In this document: positions 26,437 through 34,032 of the stretch, one piece after another
Layout of the letters: every line of letters begins with the position of its first letter
Position numbering within the stretch: position 1 is the stretch's first letter
Source: Candidatus Falkowbacteria bacterium
Lineage (GTDB): Bacteria; Patescibacteriota; Patescibacteriia; Patescibacteriales; GWE2-39-37
Reading direction: 5' to 3'
Assembly (NCBI GenBank): GCA_013336275.1
Contig: JAAXUA010000003.1
Location: forward strand, 2,698 to 66,697
DNA length: 64,000 nucleotides
Position numbers and translations under genes: made by a program
The notes under the pieces: model-generated
Database searches by the model: none
The model's input: the letters and a program-made list of their open reading frames with translations, nothing else
Told to the model about the DNA's origin: nothing

Positions 26437-26466
26437 CAAAAAAACCAAGACTAAGCTTGGGGTTTT
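26437..26466 (-). terminator. terminator after tRNA-Cys
   Basis: A CCAAG / CTTGG stem flanked by A- and T-runs. Confidence 0.55.
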
Positions 26467-26540
26467 TGGAGGTCACGGTGGGAATCGAACCCACGATAAG
26501 AGTTTTGCAGACTCATGCCTTACCACTTGGCCACGTGACC
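26467..26540 (-). tRNA. tRNA-Cys (anticodon GCA), CCA encoded
   Basis: Reverse complement: GGTCACG acceptor, anticodon loop CTGCAAA, T-arm GTGGG-TTCGATT-CCCAC, discriminator U73 as expected for Cys. Confidence 0.85.
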
Positions 26541-26634
26541 TTGATCTTAAAAAAATAGATAGGACCGAATTAGCCCTAATCATCTTATTACAATATAGCA
26601 GATGTGTAAATCCCAAGCAACTCCGCCCAGTATC

Positions 26635-26664
26635 AAAAACGCCCCGGTTACCCGGGGCGTTTTC
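26635..26664 (-). terminator. rho-independent terminator
   Basis: An AAAACGCCCCGG / CCGGGGCGTTTT stem. Confidence 0.8.
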
Positions 26665-26669
26665 ATATG

Positions 26670-27287
26670 TTAGATCTCTTCAACTATCTCAATCTTAGCC
26701 TTTCTGACGCCAAATTTAAGGGCGTCTTGGCGATCTTTAAACCAGACATCAACCCGTTCCTGGTACCTTGAGTTCATCCTATCCCTTACTACAAAAACCC
26801 TATCACCAAACAGCTCTGGAATCCTCACCTTGGTGCCGAACTTCAAAAAATTAGCAGCAACGGTGTCTTCTTGGTTGTGTTTGCAGAGGTTAAAGCCGTT
26901 AGCCGTGGTGCAGGGGTCGCTATCTGTTTGCCCAACCTCCGAATTATAGGCAGTCATCGAATGATAGCCGTGATCCTTTACCTTTAACACTGTCTTGGCT
27001 ACGACGGGCTTTACCTCTTCTTTCTTGCTAATATTAGATAAAGTAACCGGGGTACTCTCTGAAACGGATGAATATCCGCTGGCCTGCCCCGCAACGGCCG
27101 TAACCGGCTGCAACTGTTTAGCTGATACCGCTTCCTTGGCTAATATTGGCAAAGGAAACATCAAATAGTCATAAACGACGATCGCAACCAGCAAATTGAC
27201 ATAAATTTTGTGTTTCCGGTTTTTTAACCGGTGACAACTACCACTTAAATCCATAGTAAACTTTAACAAATTAAAAAATCCCATCAT
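26670..27287 (-). CDS. 3D-domain (MltA/RlpA-like double-psi beta-barrel) cell-wall protein
   Basis: The C-terminus MTAYNSEVGQTDSDPCTTANG...VAANFLKFGTKVRIPE..GDRVFVVRDRM...VDVWF is the 3D-domain signature. An N-terminal TM helix is present. Confidence 0.8.
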   Translation of the reverse strand: MMGFFNLLKFTMDLSGSCHRLKNRKHKIYVNLLVAIVVYDYLMFPLPILAKEAVSAKQLQPVTAVAGQASGYSSVSESTPVTLSNISKKEEVKPVVAKTVLKVKDHGYHSMTAYNSEVGQTDSDPCTTANGFNLCKHNQEDTVAANFLKFGTKVRIPELFGDRVFVVRDRMNSRYQERVDVWFKDRQDALKFGVRKAKIEIVEEI

Positions 27288-27392
27288 ACGACAGGACCTC
27301 GCTTTGTTTTTCGTTTTGTTGTTGATTGACTATCGTAGCATATTTTTCGTAAAATGTCAATACCCATCCCCCGTGAACAGCAAACAAATAGC

Positions 27393-27421
27393 TTGACAAT
27401 TATCCAATAATATACTATATT
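27393..27421 (+). promoter_or_regulatory. sigma70-like promoter
   Basis: TTGACA, 17 nt, TATATT. Confidence 0.65.
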
Positions 27422-27469
27422 AACTAATCACCTTTTCAACAAAAAATATCCCACGAGGAGGATTATCTC

Positions 27470-27976
27470 ATGAAAACGGTACAGCTCTTTCTATTAACCC
27501 TTGCCCTGGCGGCACTCAACGGTTGTGCTCTCGTTACTCCGCCACCCTTCGTCAACTCAACCACGGAAATAACCCGTGACGCCAACGGCAACATCGTTTC
27601 TTCCCGCTACCACCGTGGCATCACCGGTTTCTCCTACTCAGGAGACAAAGAGTCGGTAGGCGACTGGGCCTATGCCGAGCAGATTGCCCGCAACGGTAAA
27701 TCAGGCTCTCTATCCGAGCACACCGGGGAATTCAAAGGCATCATTGCCTCAACCGACCGCGACGTTAACGTCGTAATAACCGGAAACGGCCTCAAGCGGA
27801 GTTTTTACGTCAAGGCCGGACAAGAAATTTCCGGCACCCTTCCCTCGGGCAAATACACTGCCACCACCTATTACCGAGGCAAAAGCCGCGGCTCCTGGGA
27901 CTTTGAAGTAAGGCCCCAGAACCTGCACAGTTATGCCGGGAAAGAAGTGCATTGGTACACCGTTTACAATCGGTAG
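27470..27976 (+). CDS. lipoprotein, function unknown
   Basis: Lipobox LAALNGC after a hydrophobic signal. GAGGAGG lies upstream. Confidence 0.7.
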   Translation: MKTVQLFLLTLALAALNGCALVTPPPFVNSTTEITRDANGNIVSSRYHRGITGFSYSGDKESVGDWAYAEQIARNGKSGSLSEHTGEFKGIIASTDRDVNVVITGNGLKRSFYVKAGQEISGTLPSGKYTATTYYRGKSRGSWDFEVRPQNLHSYAGKEVHWYTVYNR

Positions 27977-27993
27977 CGCACCAAAAAGCGCAA

Positions 27994-28037
27994 CAAAAAA
28001 AGAGGCCATACGATCGTATGGCCTCGCTTTATTTTTT
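27994..28037. terminator. bidirectional terminator
   Basis: 24-nt perfect palindrome GAGGCCATACGATCGTATGGCCTC flanked by A7 and a T-run. Confidence 0.85.
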
Positions 28038-28051
28038 ACGAAAACTGACTA

Positions 28052-28492
28052 CTACGGCGAACCGGTCATACCGCCACCTCCGCTATCAACAACTGAATCC
28101 AGGTTAGAGAAAACGAAATAGGTGATCGAATAGGCCGCCAAGACTATGATCAGGCCGATCACTGCTCGCGAAATGGTATTTTTGGCTTTGGTAATCTTAG
28201 TCTCATCACCACCGGCTGTCATCCAACTATAACCTGAATAAACGATCAATACGACAAAAATTATACCCAGAAGACCGATGAAGGCCTTGATGGCTGTGGC
28301 TACGATTGTCGCTACGCCATCCTTGGTTGTTGATTCATAGCCAGCCGTCTCGCGCAGGGCCTTCTGCTGGTTGAACATACCGCTCTTGGCTTGGTCGGAA
28401 ATAAGACTAAGAGCATTGGCGCTGGCAGAGTTGAATAATATGCAGCCCCAGATAAGCAAAAAAACGATTTTTTTGTTAAGAATATTTTTCAT
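28052..28492 (-). CDS. TrbC/VirB2-type pilin-like protein (array gene 6)
   Basis: The start is set at MKNILNKK... Core: FIGLLGIIFVVLIVYSGYSWMTAGGDETKITKAKNTISRAVIGLIIVLAAYSI. Confidence 0.75.
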   Translation of the reverse strand: MKNILNKKIVFLLIWGCILFNSASANALSLISDQAKSGMFNQQKALRETAGYESTTKDGVATIVATAIKAFIGLLGIIFVVLIVYSGYSWMTAGGDETKITKAKNTISRAVIGLIIVLAAYSITYFVFSNLDSVVDSGGGGMTGSP

Positions 28493-28494
28493 AA

Positions 28495-28875
28495 TCAGAT
28501 CATAGCGGCTGAAATCCAGACCCAGATCGCATATGCACCGACCGTGATAATCAAGCCGATAACTGCCCGCCACAGAGTCTCTTTCGCCTTATCGACTTTG
28601 CCGCTGTCGCCAGCAGCGGTCATCCAATTGTAGCCTGAATAGACGATCAAAACGATAAAGATGATGCCTAATAGGCTCAAAAATGCGCTTATAACTTGCC
28701 CAATAAACCTGGCCATGGTGAACTTGTCAGCAACTTCATAACCACCCGACAATGCGACATTGTCCATCCTGCCGAACAGGGATCTTGTTTCAGCTGCTAT
28801 AGCCTTGCTGGCGACAGAAAAACTTAACAATATTGCGGCCAAAGAAAATCCTAGTTTTTTTATGGAATTGGTCAT
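28495..28875 (-). CDS. TrbC/VirB2-type pilin-like protein (array gene 5)
   Basis: Core: LSLLGIIFIVLIVYSGYNWMTAAGDSGKVDKAKETLWRAVIGLIITVGAYAI. Confidence 0.75.
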   Translation of the reverse strand: MTNSIKKLGFSLAAILLSFSVASKAIAAETRSLFGRMDNVALSGGYEVADKFTMARFIGQVISAFLSLLGIIFIVLIVYSGYNWMTAAGDSGKVDKAKETLWRAVIGLIITVGAYAIWVWISAAMI

Positions 28876-28876
28876 T

Positions 28877-29320
28877 TTATTGAATGTCTCCTTTTAACGT
28901 TTTTTCGGCCAGAGTCCTGACGACAAAGTAGCTGATGGCATAAGCAGCGAGCACCACGATCAGCCCGATCGTGGCCCGTGTTATGGTATTTTTGGCCGTA
29001 TCCACCTTGCCACTATCGCCAGCGGCAGTCATCCAATTATAACCGCCGTAGATGATCAGAAGCAAAAAGATGACTCCGATAAATTCGAGCGCCGTCTGGA
29101 TTATCGTAGCGATAATCGGATCAAGGCTTTCGTTCTCTGTTTCAATATTATACCCCGATTTGTCCGCCACTTCATCAAGGGGGGTTCTGCCGTCTCCGCT
29201 AGTGCTGTCTGTCGTACCGAAAGCATCTTTCAGATTAGCGCCCAGAACCAAGCTAGGAGCAAATGCCAAAAAAGACAAGAATAAAAACGCGATTACATTG
29301 TTTATCAGCCGTCTTTTCAT
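28877..29320 (-). CDS. TrbC/VirB2-type pilin-like protein (array gene 4)
   Basis: The start is set at MKRRLINN... Core: LEFIGVIFLLLIIYGGYNWMTAAGDSGKVDTAKNTITRATIGLIVVLAAYAI. Confidence 0.75.
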   Translation of the reverse strand: MKRRLINNVIAFLFLSFLAFAPSLVLGANLKDAFGTTDSTSGDGRTPLDEVADKSGYNIETENESLDPIIATIIQTALEFIGVIFLLLIIYGGYNWMTAAGDSGKVDTAKNTITRATIGLIVVLAAYAISYFVVRTLAEKTLKGDIQ

Positions 29321-29324
29321 ATAT

Positions 29325-29714
29325 TTATTGGACCAAGTTACCTTTAAGATTATTTGCAACGAAAGCAGTAATGGAGTAAGCCGCCAACACCACAACCAAC
29401 CCGACAAGGGCGCGAGTTATGATTTTCTTGGCCAGCACGACTTCTGAGTCGTTGCCGTTGGCCATCATCCAGCGATAACCGCCGTATATCATTAGCCCTA
29501 AAAACAATACGCCGACAAAGCTGATTATAATGCTGATGACCTGTGCGACCCTTTGAGACAGGGTTTCTTCCGGGTTGGCCGCTGTCGTATCATAACCGCT
29601 AGGAGTGGCTGTCTTGTTCAACCCAGTACTTTCAGCGAAACTGTAAGCCAATACGCTATTGCCGACTGTTAGCATCGCTAGTCCTACAAGAAAAAAAGCT
29701 AAAAACTTTTTCAT
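29325..29714 (-). CDS. TrbC/VirB2-type pilin-like protein (array gene 3)
   Basis: Core: ISFVGVLFLGLMIYGGYRWMMANGNDSEVVLAKKIITRALVGLVVVLAAYSI. Confidence 0.75.
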   Translation of the reverse strand: MKKFLAFFLVGLAMLTVGNSVLAYSFAESTGLNKTATPSGYDTTAANPEETLSQRVAQVISIIISFVGVLFLGLMIYGGYRWMMANGNDSEVVLAKKIITRALVGLVVVLAAYSITAFVANNLKGNLVQ

Positions 29715-29718
29715 AGCG

Positions 29719-30138
29719 TTATTCCGGCGTAGCGGTTAGCGATCCACCCACAAAAGAAGTGATGGCATAAGCGCTTAAAACAATGATTAAGCCGATAGTA
29801 GCGTTGATTATCAGCTCTTTGGCCTTGGCCACTTTCTGATCATTGCCCTGGGCCGTCATCCACATCAAGCCGCCGTAAACGATCAATACAAAAAATATGA
29901 CGCCGACGTAGGATAAGACTATGCCTATTACGCTACCCACCCTGGTGGAAATGTCCTCTTTATTTTGTTGTGACTGCGGGTTAAAAGAATCTCCCCCGTT
30001 TGGTATGGCCGTAGCAGTCTCGTTCAGCCCACCATCGAACGCCAAGGCAGGCAATACAGCGAAAAACAAGGAATAAGCCAACAAAAATAAAACGGCCAAC
30101 TTATTCGCATGCCTCGATATTGAAGTCGCAAAAATCAT
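29719..30138 (-). CDS. TrbC/VirB2-type pilin-like protein (array gene 2)
   Basis: Core: LSYVGVIFFVLIVYGGLMWMTAQGNDQKVAKAKELIINATIGLIIVLSAYAI. Confidence 0.75.
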   Translation of the reverse strand: MIFATSISRHANKLAVLFLLAYSLFFAVLPALAFDGGLNETATAIPNGGDSFNPQSQQNKEDISTRVGSVIGIVLSYVGVIFFVLIVYGGLMWMTAQGNDQKVAKAKELIINATIGLIIVLSAYAITSFVGGSLTATPE

Positions 30139-30167
30139 AAATGAGTGAAGGAATTAGTTCGATTATC

Positions 30168-30210
30168 CTGCATTGGTGCGGCCGCAAATCTTGCGGGCGC
30201 GCCAATGCAG
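30168..30210 (-). other. GC-rich intercistronic stem-loop
   Basis: CTGCATTGGTGCGGCCGC-AAATCTT-GCGGGCGCGCCAATGCAG forms about 17 bp with one mismatch. It lies in the only sizeable gap (108 nt) of the pilin array. No T-run follows on the minus strand. Confidence 0.7.
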
Positions 30211-30246
30211 AGTAAAAACTCTGCATTGAACGTATATTCCAAAAAA

Positions 30247-30642
30247 CTATGTGGACATAGTTGCGTTAGAAATAGACGAGATGACGAAGCGGGAGATACC
30301 CCAGCTTGCCAAAATGATGATCAGACCGATAACGCCGGCTGCCATCAACTTCTTGGCTTCGCCAATCTTATCTTCGCTGCCACCAGAGGTCATCCATTTG
30401 AAACCACCGGCTACGATGATAACAACAGCAATGATACCCAAGAAACCGAGGGTAACGTTGATGATGCGAGCAACAATCACCTGAGGAGAATTGTTGGTCA
30501 AACCAATGCCGGCATTAACTGCTGCCTGCTGACCGCCCCACAAATCTGTGGTTGGGGCAAAGGCGCCTGCGTTGGCGGCTACTGCTGGCAGTAATACTAC
30601 TGCCCAAGCAGCCACGATAGCTAATTTTCGCAATGTTTTCAT
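30247..30642 (-). CDS. TrbC/VirB2-type pilin-like protein (array gene 1, promoter-proximal)
   Basis: Signal peptide ending AANAGA. Core: LGFLGIIAVVIIVAGGFKWMTSGGSEDKIGEAKKLMAAGVIGLIIILASWGI. SD GGGGGTG is present. Confidence 0.8.
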   Translation of the reverse strand: MKTLRKLAIVAAWAVVLLPAVAANAGAFAPTTDLWGGQQAAVNAGIGLTNNSPQVIVARIINVTLGFLGIIAVVIIVAGGFKWMTSGGSEDKIGEAKKLMAAGVIGLIIILASWGISRFVISSISNATMST

Positions 30643-30783
30643 AATTCACCCCCTCTCTGGTGGCGCAGAGCGGCAAAGCCGTCGGCACGCTTATTTCTCA
30701 TGTTGTTTGAACAATTCAGTCCACTAGGCCTAGCGGACTAAACTGCTTACGCTCCACGGAAAGTGTTTATTAACATTAGTAAT

Positions 30784-30813
30784 ATTTTAGCATATTTTGG
30801 CCAGAAGGAACAA
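30784..30813 (-). promoter_or_regulatory. candidate promoter of the pilin array
   Basis: Minus strand TTGTTC, 18 nt, TGCTAAAAT (extended -10). It gives a leader of about 135 nt containing the hairpin 30718-30739 (AGTCCACTAGG/CCTAGCGGACT). Confidence 0.5.
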
Positions 30814-30824
30814 CAGGGCCGAAA

Positions 30825-31553
30825 TTATTTACCTGAATCCAGTCTCCGACGCAGTTTCAGGAAGTTGCGCATGAATCTCGTGGCATCGCGAAAAACCCTG
30901 ACTTTGCTCTTGCGACGGTCATAGCGCTCTTCTGACCAATCGACCGGCAATTCCCGCACTCTCAGTCCAGCCAGCCCGGCGAAGACCGCGAGTTCGGTGT
31001 CAAAAAACCAACCGGCGTCAATCACCTTTGGGGCGATTAAAAGGAATGAAGAGCGCCTGATCGCCTTAAACCCGCACTGAAGATCAGAAAACTTGTGACC
31101 TAAGATCAAGCGGGAGAGCAGGTGGCAGCTTTGCGAAGTGAATTCCCTGACGAAGGATCGCTCTATTTTCGAGCCGACCAAAAGACGTGATCCAACTACT
31201 AGGTCGCACTCGTTTGCAATGATCGGTCCAACCAAGGCTGGAATATCATCTAGCGAAACTGCCAAGTCGAGGTCCATATAGGCCAAAATATCCGCATCGC
31301 TCTGCAGCCAATAGTTTTTCAAAGCGCGGCCGCGGCCGGGCTGAGCGCTCTCGATAGCCGCAAATTCACCAGGGTTTTCCGAAACTAACTCCTGGGCAAT
31401 GGCAAAAGACCGGTCAATCGACCCGTTTACGACCAAGACTATCTGCCAATCGAAGCCGAAATTGGCCTGGCGGCAATAATTCAAAAGTCTCAAGGCATTT
31501 TCCCTGAGCATCTGTTCTTCGTTGTAGATCGGCAGACAAAAATCAACCTTCAT
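30825..31553 (-). CDS. GT2-family glycosyltransferase (polyprenol-phosphate sugar synthase-like)
   Basis: The N-terminus CLPIYNEE..., then DADILAYMDLDL (DxD) and the typical GT-A layout. Confidence 0.75.
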   Translation of the reverse strand: MKVDFCLPIYNEEQMLRENALRLLNYCRQANFGFDWQIVLVVNGSIDRSFAIAQELVSENPGEFAAIESAQPGRGRALKNYWLQSDADILAYMDLDLAVSLDDIPALVGPIIANECDLVVGSRLLVGSKIERSFVREFTSQSCHLLSRLILGHKFSDLQCGFKAIRRSSFLLIAPKVIDAGWFFDTELAVFAGLAGLRVRELPVDWSEERYDRRKSKVRVFRDATRFMRNFLKLRRRLDSGK

Positions 31554-32292
31554 ATTTTTGAGCTGCGCCGTATATGGTCAAGCCGAACGGCAAACCCTTC
31601 CTATTAAACAAATACTTTTCACTATTCAATATCAACAGCAGCAAGGCGTTAAGCGGCCGAGGCAGGTTGATTGCCTCCGTCGAAAGTTCGTTTCGGCCTT
31701 TGCCTCGGTTAAACAACTTCTTAGTCAGCCGCATTACAGCTACGGGCAAAAATACCCAGACATTCCAATATCCCAGGCGCGCGTTTCCGTAACCGGCGCG
31801 TGATAATTGCTCGGCAATGCCGCTTCTTTCATAACGGCGGAAATGTCCCATGGCCCGGTCATGCTGGCTGAAGATGGCACCGAAGGCTGGCACGGTAAAC
31901 ACTAGCCAGCCGCCTGGCTTTAGGCTCTTAAAAATCTTATCAAGTGTCGTTTGATCATTTTCCAAGTGTTCTAAAACGTCGAAAGCGCATACCACGTCAT
32001 ACAGCCCTTCGCCCAAGCTTTCATTATCCATATCGACCAGCAATGTCTTGAAACCTTTGCCCGCCACCATTTTCAAAGCTTCTGCGTTATTATCCAGCCC
32101 CACGACATCTCCGAACTCAGCCAAAACCGGCAGCTCCGTACCCGTACCGCACCCGATATCCAAAATTACCCGGGAGCGGTCCTTGTCTTCGCAAATAGAA
32201 GCAAGCAGCCTCTGGATCAAGCCTTTTCTTGCAATGTACCAAAAGTGATCGGTTTCGATTTTTTGCTGGGTCAGATAATCCTTATAATCCAT
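31543..32292 (-). CDS. class I SAM-dependent methyltransferase
   Basis: ILDIGCGTGTE motif I and DVVCAFDVLEHL. Confidence 0.75.
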   Translation of the reverse strand: MDYKDYLTQQKIETDHFWYIARKGLIQRLLASICEDKDRSRVILDIGCGTGTELPVLAEFGDVVGLDNNAEALKMVAGKGFKTLLVDMDNESLGEGLYDVVCAFDVLEHLENDQTTLDKIFKSLKPGGWLVFTVPAFGAIFSQHDRAMGHFRRYERSGIAEQLSRAGYGNARLGYWNVWVFLPVAVMRLTKKLFNRGKGRNELSTEAINLPRPLNALLLLILNSEKYLFNRKGLPFGLTIYGAAQKYEG

Positions 32293-32307
32293 GAGTTTTC
32301 TTTGACC

Positions 32308-34014
32308 CTATTTTACCAGATTAAAAAACAAATTAATACTGTCATTCAAAGTGCCCGCCACGATCTGTTCTGCCTTCGGAGAAGTCCCGTCTTGAGCGGT
32401 CTTGGTGATTTTTCCCTGTTTCAAATTGAACGAATACCTATCAGTCTGATCCATCCATACGAGAAACCGGTCCGAGTACGGCTGAATCAACAAGATGCTT
32501 TTCCCCTTTTCTGCTGGATTCTGCCCTTCCAGCACGGAAGCATACGAGCGCCTGAAACGGGTAGTGGGCAACGGCTGGCCTACGAGCTCCATTATCGTCG
32601 GCAAAGTGTCCATATGGCTATAGCTCCCTGAGTCTATCGTCCTGCCCACTTTGCGCCCGCCTACGAAAACCGCCAGCGAGGTCAGAAAATTCTCATCCAG
32701 GGCACCGCGTTGGTTGAAATAATTGTCTGACTGGATGGCAGCCGGCCAGCTATGGTCGCCGAAGACGAACAAAACATAATCCTTCTCCGGATAGACACTG
32801 TCTAAACCGCTGATCAGCTCACCCAAATACTCATCCTGTTTCGCCATACTGCCAGAAAGCCGGTCACTGAATTTGAGCTCGGCGGAGTTAGTTGCGGATG
32901 CATTATTGAACGGCCAGTGATTCGTGGCCTCAAAGGTGATGTAGGCCAAGCTCTTGCTTTCATCGCCATCCCTTTTCATCGACTCGAAAGTTCTCTCCAA
33001 AAAAACGCCTTCTTGCCGCCCCCACATGAATTGCGGGTCGCCCGGCTTCATCGTGTCATAACCATGGACCTGGTCAAAACCGATCTCTGACATGAACTTG
33101 CCCGTCTGCTCGAATTCCAAGCGGCTGCTCGCGTAAAAGCTGCTCTTATAGCCCAGCGGCTTCAACAGTTTTGGCAAACACCGGACCTCGATGCTGCGGC
33201 CGTCAGAAACCAAGTCTTTCGCGAATGAGCTTGGTAAAGAGCACAGGATATTCTCTTGGGCCAAAATCGTCTGGACGCTGTTGCTATAAAACCCGGGGAA
33301 ATAAAATCCTTGGCTGGCGATTTTCAAAAAATTTGGAGTCGTGCTCGGGCTGGCCAAGCGGGCGTTGAAGCTCTCCATCTGAAGCATGACGATATGTTTC
33401 AGATTGCTCTCTATGCTCTGCCCGTCCAAAGGCTTGGCTGACAGCGGCTTCAGCCTGACTGACTCCTCTACCAAGGGATCATAAATCCGCTCCTGATAAA
33501 AATCGACGCCCTTGTTGCCGTTCGCCACTTGCTTAACGAAAGCGAACAGCTCGTTGTCTGCTATCCGCAAACTGGCGATCACGACAACAAACAAGATAAC
33601 CGATGTTCTTATGCTGGCTTTCTTGAACCTTGAAAATATAAGTGCATTTAAACTGGCTGTGACCAAAAGCAGCAAAACCAACCACATGTAGCTTCGCCCC
33701 AAGTAGACGAACTCCTGCCAGCGGCGAGCAGCTAACAGCATGTCGAGCGGCGCGCCAACCACGGCCGAGTAGGAAACCAAGAAATAATAAGCGAAAAGCA
33801 CCGTAGCCGAGGTGATTGAACCAAGCGCTGCTGGACGAAGAGAAGCTGCCAGATACCAAAACAGAAAAAATTGAGCTGCCCCGAAGATGGCCTTGAAGTG
33901 GCCTGCCCCGACTTCAAATGACAACGCAAAAAAAATCCCGTTGGATAGCAAAAACAAGGCCACACCATAATAGGCAGCGTATTCTTTAATATGATTTGCT
34001 AATTTATTTTTCAT
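32308..34014 (-). CDS. LTA-synthase/sulfatase-family transferase (membrane N-terminus plus alkaline-phosphatase-fold domain)
   Basis: Five N-terminal TM helices, then MLQMESFNARL... and GDHSWP, typical of LtaS or phosphoglycerol/phosphoethanolamine transferases. Confidence 0.7.
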   Translation of the reverse strand: MKNKLANHIKEYAAYYGVALFLLSNGIFFALSFEVGAGHFKAIFGAAQFFLFWYLAASLRPAALGSITSATVLFAYYFLVSYSAVVGAPLDMLLAARRWQEFVYLGRSYMWLVLLLLVTASLNALIFSRFKKASIRTSVILFVVVIASLRIADNELFAFVKQVANGNKGVDFYQERIYDPLVEESVRLKPLSAKPLDGQSIESNLKHIVMLQMESFNARLASPSTTPNFLKIASQGFYFPGFYSNSVQTILAQENILCSLPSSFAKDLVSDGRSIEVRCLPKLLKPLGYKSSFYASSRLEFEQTGKFMSEIGFDQVHGYDTMKPGDPQFMWGRQEGVFLERTFESMKRDGDESKSLAYITFEATNHWPFNNASATNSAELKFSDRLSGSMAKQDEYLGELISGLDSVYPEKDYVLFVFGDHSWPAAIQSDNYFNQRGALDENFLTSLAVFVGGRKVGRTIDSGSYSHMDTLPTIMELVGQPLPTTRFRRSYASVLEGQNPAEKGKSILLIQPYSDRFLVWMDQTDRYSFNLKQGKITKTAQDGTSPKAEQIVAGTLNDSINLFFNLVK

Positions 34015-34032
34015 TATTGCCCGCCGGAGAGC

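Noticed and set aside
26432-26698. An 88-aa plus-strand ORF.
   Set aside because: It runs antisense through tRNA-Cys and two terminator hairpins and has no RBS. I consider it an artefact.
30176-30204. NotI (GCGGCCGC) and AscI (GGCGCGCC) sites about 10 bp apart, which could indicate a cloning or vector artefact.
   Set aside because: Both sites are the two arms of one natural GC-rich hairpin. The flanking sequence is continuous with the pilin genes and there is no vector-like sequence.
30145-30594. A 149-aa plus-strand ORF across the pilin gene 1 region.
   Set aside because: It is antisense to a well-supported pilin paralog, has no RBS, and begins inside the intercistronic hairpin.
28052-30642. 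Regularly spaced ~400-bp repeats that could be mistaken for a CRISPR-like or satellite array.
   Set aside because: The repeat units are complete protein-coding paralogs with signal peptides and RBSs. Similarity is at the protein level, and there are no short identical direct repeats with spacers.
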